NCBI GenBank assembly: GCA_947502765.1
Contig: CANNBA010000001.1
Location: forward strand, 33,124-97,123
Length of the DNA: 64,000 nt
Origin: Flavobacteriales bacterium
Lineage (GTDB): Bacteria; Bacteroidota; Bacteroidia; Flavobacteriales; BACL11
Direction of reading: 5' to 3'
The notes below the pieces were generated by a model. The model was not told the origin of the DNA, did not search any database, and worked only from the letters and a program-made list of their open reading frames with translations. A program made the translations under genes and the position numbers. Every line of letters starts with the position of its first letter. The first letter of the stretch is position 1. Shown here one piece after another: positions 35,443-42,834 of the stretch.

Positions 35443-36768
35443 ATGCAAAATACTAACGAAAATTTTTCATTTAAGAAATATGCTTGGACTCAATTCAAGA
35501 AAAATAAAATTGCATTAGTTTGTTTATATCTACTCTTTGCGCTAATCATTCTTGCTGTTTTTGCTCCATATATTGCTAATGACAGGCCTCTTTATGCAGA
35601 ATTTGAAGGAAATACCCTTTATCCTGCATTTGCTAATGAAACAAGAATTGATTCTATTTATAATCCTAAAGGGGAATTTATTCAAGTATTGCAATATGAT
35701 ATTACGGATTGGAGACAATTGAATCTCACCTCAGTAGTATGGGCTCCAATTCCTTATTCTCCATCAAGTATGGATATGTATAATAGAGAATATGCTTCAC
35801 CTTTAGGCAAACAAAGATTTAAAAATAGTGAAGGAGAAATTATAGATATTCCATCAAAATTCAGACACAAATTAGGAACAGACGGAATTGGTAGAGATTT
35901 AGCATCTGGTTTAATTCATGGAACAAGAATCTCCTTAATGGTAGGTTTAGTTTCTATGGGTATTGCTTCTTTAATAGGCATAATTTTAGGAGCTCTAGCA
36001 GGATTCTTTGGTGATACAAAATTAAAAATGCCTAGAATAAAATATTGGCTAACACTTTTTGGAATATTTATGGGTCTATTCTATGGTTTTGGACAAAGAA
36101 AATATGTTTTAGCAGAAGCTTTTGGAGAAAGTATCTCAAGTGGAATATTACAAATGCTAATAAGTATTGCTCTTATAATCTGCATTGTATTTTTATTCCG
36201 ACAACTTAGTAGATTGTTTCAATTTGGCTATTTAAAAGCCGAAACAAATGTACCTATAGACACATTTGTATCTAGAGGTATTGAGCTTCTAGACTCTATT
36301 CCAAGATTACTTTTAATTATTACAATCACTGCTATTGTTGACAGAAGTATATGGATTGTTATGATCATAATAGGTATTACAGGATGGAGTGGTATTGCAA
36401 GATTTACTAGAGCTGAGTTCTTGCGTATTCGTTCCTTAGAGTTTGTTCAAGCAGCTGAATCATTAGGATTTTCATCAATTAGAACCATTTTTAAACATGC
36501 ACTACCTAATGCATTAGCTCCTGTATTTGTAAGTATTGCCTTTGGTATTGCTTCCGCAATTTTAATTGAAAGTGGACTTTCATTTTTAGGAATAGGAGTA
36601 CCAACAGACATTGTTACTTGGGGCTCTTTACTGAACCTTGGTAGACAAAACTTAGAAGCTTGGTGGTTGATTATTTACCCAGGTATAGCAATATTTATAA
36701 CCATTACAATTTACAATATGATTGCTGAAGCCTCTCGTGATGCTTTAGACCCTAAATTAAAAAGTTAA
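35443..36768 (+). CDS. ABC transporter permease (DppC/OppC-like)
   Basis: EFVQAAESLGFSSIRTIFKHALPNALAPV EAA motif. The ATG at 35443 avoids overlap with the previous gene (the track start at 35404 is less likely). Confidence 0.75.
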   Translation: MQNTNENFSFKKYAWTQFKKNKIALVCLYLLFALIILAVFAPYIANDRPLYAEFEGNTLYPAFANETRIDSIYNPKGEFIQVLQYDITDWRQLNLTSVVWAPIPYSPSSMDMYNREYASPLGKQRFKNSEGEIIDIPSKFRHKLGTDGIGRDLASGLIHGTRISLMVGLVSMGIASLIGIILGALAGFFGDTKLKMPRIKYWLTLFGIFMGLFYGFGQRKYVLAEAFGESISSGILQMLISIALIICIVFLFRQLSRLFQFGYLKAETNVPIDTFVSRGIELLDSIPRLLLIITITAIVDRSIWIVMIIIGITGWSGIARFTRAEFLRIRSLEFVQAAESLGFSSIRTIFKHALPNALAPVFVSIAFGIASAILIESGLSFLGIGVPTDIVTWGSLLNLGRQNLEAWWLIIYPGIAIFITITIYNMIAEASRDALDPKLKS

Positions 36769-36789
36769 AATTTTAAGAACATAGTATAA

Positions 36790-36822
36790 AAAAAGCCGAG
36801 TAAATTACTCGGCTTTAGTTTT
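36790..36822. terminator. Bidirectional rho-independent terminator
   Basis: AAAAA-AGCCGAGTA-AAT-TACTCGGCT-TTAGTTTT between convergent genes. Confidence 0.8.
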
Positions 36823-36833
36823 GTAATATTATT

Positions 36834-37871
36834 TTACATCTCATCAAAATCAATAACTACATTTTCGGATGCTGGATGTGATTGACAAGTTAATATATAT
36901 CCTTGAGCAACTTCCTCTTCCGATAAAGAATAGTTGGCATCCATAGTAACTTTACCTTCCATTACTTTAGCTTTACAAGTACAACAAACAGCTCCTTTAC
37001 ATGAAAAAGGCACATCAGCACCATGCTTCATTGCAGCATCTAAAATTGTTTGACCTTTATTTGATAAAGTAAACTGAAAATCTTCTCCATCTACACAAAC
37101 CCTAACATTAGAGATAATTTCTGCAGCATCACTAATACCATCCTCCTTTTTAACAGCAATAAACCTCTCAAAATGTATATGAGATTGATTTACTTGATTA
37201 AGTAATAATAACTCATTAGTATTGTCAATTACTTCTCCGGGACCACAAATAAAATAATCATCAGCTTGTTTTAAATCCCTAAAAGTGTTTATGAGGTGTT
37301 GTAAGGTATTTTTATCAATCCTGCCATTTACACAAGACTGAACTTTCTCTTTAGAAAAAAACCAATGTATTTTTAACTTTTCAGGGTTTTTACTTGCTAA
37401 ATCTTTCAACTCATTATAAAACATCACGGATTCTTGTGTTTTATTGCCATAGATAAGTGTAAATTTTGAATCTTTTGAATTTTCCATTTTTGATTTAATC
37501 ATAGACAAAATTGGGGTAACTCCACTTCCAGCACAAATACCTACAATATGATTCTTATCTCCCTTCATTATAAAATTTCCACTTGGAGGCATTACTTCTA
37601 AAATATCTCCAATTTTTACTTTAGTGGTTAAAAATGATGACATCTTACCTCCTGCTACTAATTTCACACCAATTGAAAGCCCTTCTGATAGTGAGGAACA
37701 TATTGAATACGCTCTTCTAACTTCTTCCCCATTAATTTGGTGTTTAATGGTAATGTATTGTCCTGGAGTAAAATTAAACTCAGGTGATTTTGAGATCTCA
37801 AAACTTATCTCAACTGCATCTTTTGTTAATTGATTGATGTTTTTAATGGCTAAAAAATGAAATGAACTCAT
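36834..37871 (-). CDS. paaE: 1,2-phenylacetyl-CoA epoxidase reductase subunit PaaE (FNR-like + plant-type 2Fe-2S)
   Basis: RAYSICS FAD motif, GSGVTPILSM NAD(P) motif and C-terminal CKGAVCCTCKAKV...LTCQS ferredoxin motif. Confidence 0.85.
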   Translation of the reverse strand: MSSFHFLAIKNINQLTKDAVEISFEISKSPEFNFTPGQYITIKHQINGEEVRRAYSICSSLSEGLSIGVKLVAGGKMSSFLTTKVKIGDILEVMPPSGNFIMKGDKNHIVGICAGSGVTPILSMIKSKMENSKDSKFTLIYGNKTQESVMFYNELKDLASKNPEKLKIHWFFSKEKVQSCVNGRIDKNTLQHLINTFRDLKQADDYFICGPGEVIDNTNELLLLNQVNQSHIHFERFIAVKKEDGISDAAEIISNVRVCVDGEDFQFTLSNKGQTILDAAMKHGADVPFSCKGAVCCTCKAKVMEGKVTMDANYSLSEEEVAQGYILTCQSHPASENVVIDFDEM

Positions 37872-37891
37872 AGTATTTTAAAAAATTTGTG

Positions 37892-37899
37892 CAAAAATA
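37892..37899 (-). promoter_or_regulatory. -7 promoter box (TATTTTTG on the minus strand) for paaE
   Basis: The reverse complement of CAAAAATA lies 20 nt upstream of the paaE ATG. Confidence 0.4.
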
Positions 37900-37940
37900 T
37901 CATTTTAGATATTAGGGTTAAAGATATTATGACAAATATC
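37896..37940. promoter_or_regulatory. Candidate operator: two 18-bp palindromes (AATATC-N6-GATATT and GATATT-N6-AATATC)
   Basis: The hexamer AATATC or its complement occurs 4 times in 45 bp of the paaE/paaA divergent intergenic region. Site 1 overlaps the paaE -7 box. The 9-mer AAATATCAT and 8-mer AGATATTA are each repeated. Confidence 0.35.
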
Positions 37941-37963
37941 ATATTTATAGAAACAGAAATTCA

Positions 37964-37971
37964 TAAATTTG
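37964..37971 (+). promoter_or_regulatory. -7 promoter box (TAAATTTG) for paaABCD...
   Basis: TAnnTTTG match 18 nt upstream of the paaA ATG at 37990. Confidence 0.4.
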
Positions 37972-37989
37972 CAAAACAAAATTTACACC

Positions 37990-38913
37990 ATGACTGAAGA
38001 AAGATTTCAAAACAAAATTGATAGAGAAGAAAAAATTGAACCTAAAGATTGGATGCCTGAGGCTTACAGGCAGCATTTAATTCGACAAATTTCTCAACAT
38101 GCTCATTCTGAAATTATAGGTATGCAACCTGAAGGAAATTGGATCTCAAGAGCACCATCACTTAGGGCAAAAATGATACTACTTGCTAAAGTGCAAGATG
38201 AAGCTGGACATGGTCTCTATCTTTATTCTGCCTGTGAAACTTTAGGAATAAGTCGTGAAGAATTAATACAGCAACTTCATGATGGAGAAGCAAAATACTC
38301 TTCAATTTTCAATTATCCTACCCTTAGCTGGGCAGATATGGGAGCAATTGGCTGGCTCGTTGATGGTGCTGCTATTGTTAATCAAGTTTCCTTGCAGAGA
38401 ACCTCTTACGGCCCTTACTCAAGAGGAATGGTGAAAATATGTAAAGAAGAAAGTTTTCATCAAAGGCAGGGCTATGAAATTATGGCAGAAATGGCAAAAG
38501 GAACACCCGAACAAAAAGCAATGGCACAAGATGCTTTAAATCGTTTTTGGTGGCCATCTATTATGATGTTTGGGCCCAATGATTCTGATTCTCCAAGAAC
38601 CGGAAATGCAATGAAATGGAAAATAAAAAGACAAACTAATGATGAGTTAAGGCAAGATTTTATTGATAAAACTGTTGGGCAAGCTCAAGTAATTGGACTT
38701 ACTATTCCTGATAAAGATTTAAAATGGAATGAAGAAAAAGGACATTATGATTTTGGAGCAATGGACTGGGATGAATTTTGGAATGTAGTAAATGGAAATG
38801 GTCCCTGTAATAAACAAAGATTAGCCCATCATAAAAAAGCACATGATGAGGGAAAATGGGTTCGTGATGCTGCAAAGACATATGCTAAAAAACAAGAATT
38901 AGCACTAAATTAA
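37990..38913 (+). CDS. paaA: 1,2-phenylacetyl-CoA epoxidase catalytic subunit PaaA
   Basis: Di-iron ferritin-like motifs ([25 protein letters not shown]). Length and order match PaaA. The ATG at 37990 is preferred over the TTG at 37969. Confidence 0.9.
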   Translation: MTEERFQNKIDREEKIEPKDWMPEAYRQHLIRQISQHAHSEIIGMQPEGNWISRAPSLRAKMILLAKVQDEAGHGLYLYSACETLGISREELIQQLHDGEAKYSSIFNYPTLSWADMGAIGWLVDGAAIVNQVSLQRTSYGPYSRGMVKICKEESFHQRQGYEIMAEMAKGTPEQKAMAQDALNRFWWPSIMMFGPNDSDSPRTGNAMKWKIKRQTNDELRQDFIDKTVGQAQVIGLTIPDKDLKWNEEKGHYDFGAMDWDEFWNVVNGNGPCNKQRLAHHKKAHDEGKWVRDAAKTYAKKQELALN

Positions 38914-38919
38914 ATTACT

Positions 38920-39204
38920 ATGACAGAGAATGCAACAGTTTGGGAAGTATTTATTCAAAGTAAAAATGGATTACCACACAAACATGCAGGAAATGTGCAT
39001 GCTGATGATAAAGTAATGGCTTTAGAAAATGCTAGAGAATTATATACAAGAAGAAATGAAGGATCGTGTATCTGGGTGGTAAAAGCTAGTGAAATTGTTT
39101 CTTCAGAATCGGAAGATAGTGAAGCGTTTTTTGATCCATCAAATGATAAAATGTACCGTCATCCCACTTTTTATACTATGCCTCAAGGATCAAAGCATAT
39201 TTAA
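38920..39204 (+). CDS. paaB: 1,2-phenylacetyl-CoA epoxidase subunit PaaB
   Basis: 94 aa. WEVFIQSKNGLPHKHAGNVHA...YTRR is typical of PaaB, and the gene follows paaA. Confidence 0.9.
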   Translation: MTENATVWEVFIQSKNGLPHKHAGNVHADDKVMALENARELYTRRNEGSCIWVVKASEIVSSESEDSEAFFDPSNDKMYRHPTFYTMPQGSKHI

Positions 39205-39206
39205 AA

Positions 39207-39953
39207 ATGAGCGCTATATTTACATACACTTTGCGTATTGCTGATAGTTCCTTAATTTTAGGCCAAAGAATGAGTGAATGGTGCGCAAAAGGCCCTACTT
39301 TAGAAGAAGACATAGCACTCTCAAATATATCACTAGATCTATTTGGACAGGCTAATGGATTTTATGAATATGCTTCTCAATTAGAGGGAGTAAGATCAGC
39401 TGATGATTTGGCTTTCTTAAGAAATGAAAGAGAGTTTTTTAATCATCAAATAGTAGAAATAGAGAATGGTCATTTTGGAAATACCACAGTTCGTAATTTT
39501 TTACATGATGTTTTTAGTTTTTTATTCTATACTGAGCTTTCAAATAGCAAGGATGAAACCTTAGCAGCTTTAGGGGCAAAATCATTAAAAGAAGTAAAAT
39601 ACCATTTACGCCATTCTACAAATTGGCTCATTCGTTTGGGAGATGGAACTCAGGAATCAAATACAAAAGTGCAAGAAGCATTAGATACTATTTGGCAATT
39701 TACTAACGAACTTTTTGAGATGGACGAAATTGATAAAGAGCTACTAAATAACGGAATTGGGGTTAATAATACTGAGTTAAGAAATCCGTGGAATGAAATC
39801 GTAAATAGTACACTCCAAAAAGCAAAACTAAAGCGACCTGAAGATGGTTATATGGCAACTGGAGGTAAAAAGGGAATCCACACAGAATACCTTGGTTTTC
39901 TATTAGCGGAAATGCAGTTTTTGCAAAGAGCATATCCTGATGCAAAATGGTAA
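39207..39953 (+). CDS. paaC: 1,2-phenylacetyl-CoA epoxidase subunit PaaC
   Basis: 248 aa. LRIADSSLILGQRMSEWCAKGPTLEEDIALSNISLDLFGQA is typical of PaaC. Confidence 0.85.
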   Translation: MSAIFTYTLRIADSSLILGQRMSEWCAKGPTLEEDIALSNISLDLFGQANGFYEYASQLEGVRSADDLAFLRNEREFFNHQIVEIENGHFGNTTVRNFLHDVFSFLFYTELSNSKDETLAALGAKSLKEVKYHLRHSTNWLIRLGDGTQESNTKVQEALDTIWQFTNELFEMDEIDKELLNNGIGVNNTELRNPWNEIVNSTLQKAKLKRPEDGYMATGGKKGIHTEYLGFLLAEMQFLQRAYPDAKW

Positions 39954-40392
39954 TACAAAATACATCTGGGAACTTTTAAACACCGTTCCTGATCCAGAAA
40001 TTCCAGTGATTTCTGTAGTTGAATTAGGCGTTATTCGTGATATTACTTTTACAGATAATTGCTATGAAATTTCAATTACTCCGACATATTCAGGTTGCCC
40101 TGCTGTAAAAACATTTATGGATGACATAAAAACTTGTCTTAAAGAAAATGAGATCCTGAATTTTAGCTTAAAACTTGTCTATGCTCCCGCTTGGACTACC
40201 GATTGGATGACAGAAGAAACCAAAGAGAAACTCAAAAAATACGGAATTTCCCCACCATCAAATACAGTGGTTTGCCCACTTTGTAATTCCCAGAAAACGA
40301 CTCTAGTAAGTGAATTTGGAGCAACAGCCTGTAAATCACTTCACAAATGTATTGATTGCTTAGAACCATTCGAACATTTTAAATGTATCTAG
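39940..40392 (+). CDS. paaD: Phenylacetate-CoA oxygenase assembly protein PaaD (DUF59 + Cys-rich C-terminus)
   Basis: VPDPEIPVISVVELGVIRD (DUF59/SufT-like) and a C-terminal CPLC...CIDC zinc-ribbon-like motif. Confidence 0.85.
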   Translation: MQNGNTKYIWELLNTVPDPEIPVISVVELGVIRDITFTDNCYEISITPTYSGCPAVKTFMDDIKTCLKENEILNFSLKLVYAPAWTTDWMTEETKEKLKKYGISPPSNTVVCPLCNSQKTTLVSEFGATACKSLHKCIDCLEPFEHFKCI

Positions 40393-40481
40393 AGTAAAAA
40401 CTTCTTGATTTTTCGTTTCTGTGCTCATAAATATAAGTTCAATAAGAAATTAGTATTTTAGCCATTTAATCTTATCTTAAG

Positions 40482-41252
40482 ATGATACAATACGAAATCA
40501 TAGCTGGTGTAGGAAAAATTACCTTAAATCGACCCGATAAATACCATTCTTTTGTAAGAGAAATGGCTCTACAATTGCAAGAAGCACTAGATAAATGCAA
40601 TGAAAATAATGAAGTGAGGGCTATTTTAATTACTTCAAATGGAAAGGCCTTTTGTGCTGGTCAAGATCTAGTAGAAGCAACGGATCCAAATGGACCTAGT
40701 TTAACACAAATTATTTTGGAACACTACAATCCCATCATCCGAAAGATAAGAAATATTGAAAAGCCTGTTGTAGCTGCTGTAAATGGAGTTGCTGCTGGAG
40801 CTGGAGCAAGTATTGCCCTTTGTTGCGATATTGTTGTTGCAACTCAAAGTGCCTCATTCATTCAAGCATTTAGTAAAATAGGCTTAATACCTGATAGTGG
40901 AGGAACTTTCTTTCTACCAAGATTAGTAGGCATGCAAAGAGCTACTGCTCTAATGATGACTGCTGATCCAGTTTCAGCTACTGCTGCAATGGAAATGGGT
41001 ATGATATACCGAATATTTTCAGATGAAACTTTTGAAGTGGAAAGTTGGAAATTAGTAAGTAAACTAGCCAAAATGCCAACCAAAGGATTAGGACTTACCA
41101 AAAGATTATTAAATGCATCTTACACCAATAATTTTGAAGAACAAATGGAAATGGAAGAAAAATGCCAAACTATTGCAGGAAAAACTAGTGATTTTAAAGA
41201 AGGAACAACAGCCTTCTTTGAAAAAAGAAAACCAAACTTTAAAGGGGAATAA
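40482..41252 (+). CDS. paaG: 2-(1,2-epoxy-1,2-dihydrophenyl)acetyl-CoA isomerase PaaG (crotonase fold)
   Basis: Collinear with E. coli PaaG as recalled: FCAGQDL, YNPIIRKI, AAVNGVAAGAGASIAL, AFSKIGLIPDSGGT and C-terminal EGTTAFFEKRKPNFKGE. Confidence 0.85.
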   Translation: MIQYEIIAGVGKITLNRPDKYHSFVREMALQLQEALDKCNENNEVRAILITSNGKAFCAGQDLVEATDPNGPSLTQIILEHYNPIIRKIRNIEKPVVAAVNGVAAGAGASIALCCDIVVATQSASFIQAFSKIGLIPDSGGTFFLPRLVGMQRATALMMTADPVSATAAMEMGMIYRIFSDETFEVESWKLVSKLAKMPTKGLGLTKRLLNASYTNNFEEQMEMEEKCQTIAGKTSDFKEGTTAFFEKRKPNFKGE

Positions 41253-42404
41253 ATGAAAGTAAGTGTAATTGGTGCTGGAACAATGGGAGTAGGAATTGCT
41301 CAAATAGCTGCAACAAATGGCTATGAGGTTTGTCTTTTTGATGCATTTGATGGAGCCATTGAAAATGCCCAGCAGCAACTTACAAATATAATTAACCGAT
41401 TAGTTGAAAAAGAGAAGATAACAGAATCTAAAAAGATTGAAATATTAGCCAGAATTAATTTCTCAAAAGATTTAAAAGATATAAAAGGAAGTGGATTAGT
41501 AATTGAAGCTATTATTGAAGATTTGAAGATAAAACAAAAGCTATTTTCAGATATCGAAAAATTAGTAGATGAAAAGTGTATTATCGCATCCAACACCTCT
41601 TCCCTATCCATTGCATCTATTGGCTCAGCTTGTAAAAAAGCCGAAAGAGTAATTGGTATTCACTTTTTTAACCCTGCCCCTTTAATGCCACTTGTGGAAA
41701 TTATACCTGCTGTACAAACAGCAGAAGAAACACTAAAGCTTGCCAAAGCTATGATTGATAGTTGGGGAAAAGTTACGGTTGTAGTAAAAGACACTCCAGG
41801 ATTTATTGTCAATCGAGTAGCTCGACCATTTTATGGAGAATCGCTTAGAATTTATGAAGAAGGAATTGCTGATTTCGCAACAATCGATTGGGCTCTTAAA
41901 GAAATTGGAGGATTCAAAATGGGACCTTTTGAATTGATGGACTATATAGGTAATGACATCAACTATACCGTAACAGAAACTGTATTTACTAGCTTTTATT
42001 TTGATCAAAGATACAAACCCTCTTTCACCCAAAAAAGAATGATGGAGGCAGGATTTTTAGGCAGAAAATCTGGTAGAGGATATTACGATTACTCATTAGA
42101 AAATTTACCAAAAGCCAATGAAGACAGGGAATTAGGGAAAAAAATATTATGGAGAGTTTTATCCATGCTGATCAATGAAGCTACTGATGCATTATTTTTA
42201 AAAATTGCAAGCCGTGAGGCTATTGATTTAGCCATGACAAAAGGTGTGAATTACCCAAAAGGACTACTTGCTTGGGCTGATGAAATAGGAATAAATAATG
42301 TTTTAAAACAATTGGAAGATTTACAAAAAGAATATGGGGAGGATAGGTACAGGCCCTCACCTTTACTAAAAAACATGGTTAAAGAGAATAAAACTTTTTA
42401 CTAA
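41253..42404 (+). CDS. paaH: 3-hydroxyadipyl-CoA dehydrogenase PaaH
   Basis: VSVIGAGTMGVGIAQ Rossmann motif, NTSSLSI and HFFNPAPLMPLVE, in paa operon context. Confidence 0.8.
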   Translation: MKVSVIGAGTMGVGIAQIAATNGYEVCLFDAFDGAIENAQQQLTNIINRLVEKEKITESKKIEILARINFSKDLKDIKGSGLVIEAIIEDLKIKQKLFSDIEKLVDEKCIIASNTSSLSIASIGSACKKAERVIGIHFFNPAPLMPLVEIIPAVQTAEETLKLAKAMIDSWGKVTVVVKDTPGFIVNRVARPFYGESLRIYEEGIADFATIDWALKEIGGFKMGPFELMDYIGNDINYTVTETVFTSFYFDQRYKPSFTQKRMMEAGFLGRKSGRGYYDYSLENLPKANEDRELGKKILWRVLSMLINEATDALFLKIASREAIDLAMTKGVNYPKGLLAWADEIGINNVLKQLEDLQKEYGEDRYRPSPLLKNMVKENKTFY

Positions 42405-42823
42405 TGGAATTGGCAAGAAAAGTAGTGGAAAAAATGATAACTGGAGATGCTTTTAGCCAATGGCTAGGCATAGAAATTTTGGAAATTACTCAGGGATATT
42501 GCAAATTAAAAATGACTGTAAGAAAAGAAATGACCAATGGCTTTGATATTGCCCATGGTGGCATTTCTTATTCTCTAGCAGATAGTGCATTAGCATTTGC
42601 TGCAAATTCAGATGGTATTCAGTCTTTATCTGTTGAAACTTCCATTGCGCATACCAAAAAGGTAATGAGTGGAGATACCCTAATTGCAGAAACCCAAGAA
42701 GTAAGTAAAAATGATAAATCTGCAATTTATAACATTAACATAACCAACCAAGATAATATAGAAGTTGCTCATTTTAAAGGTAAAGTTTACCGAACTAAAA
42801 AGGAGTGGTTTCCAAACAACTAA
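42404..42823 (+). CDS. paaI: Hydroxyphenylacetyl-CoA thioesterase PaaI (hotdog fold)
   Basis: 139 aa. NGFDIAHGGISYSLADSALAFA motif. TAATG overlap with paaH. Confidence 0.85.
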   Translation: MELARKVVEKMITGDAFSQWLGIEILEITQGYCKLKMTVRKEMTNGFDIAHGGISYSLADSALAFAANSDGIQSLSVETSIAHTKKVMSGDTLIAETQEVSKNDKSAIYNINITNQDNIEVAHFKGKVYRTKKEWFPNN

Positions 42824-42834
42824 AAACAAAAACA

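Noticed and set aside
41109-42032. Three minus-strand ORFs (41109-41378, 41321-41611, 41733-42032)
   Set aside because: They are antisense shadows inside paaG and paaH. Their translations are biased (F/S/I/C-rich) with no motifs. The same applies to 44876-45130, 45923-46135, 47583-47783, 47926-48216, 48923-49267, 49336-49575, 49620-49817, 50628-50831 and 51242-51517 within the paa/E1 genes.
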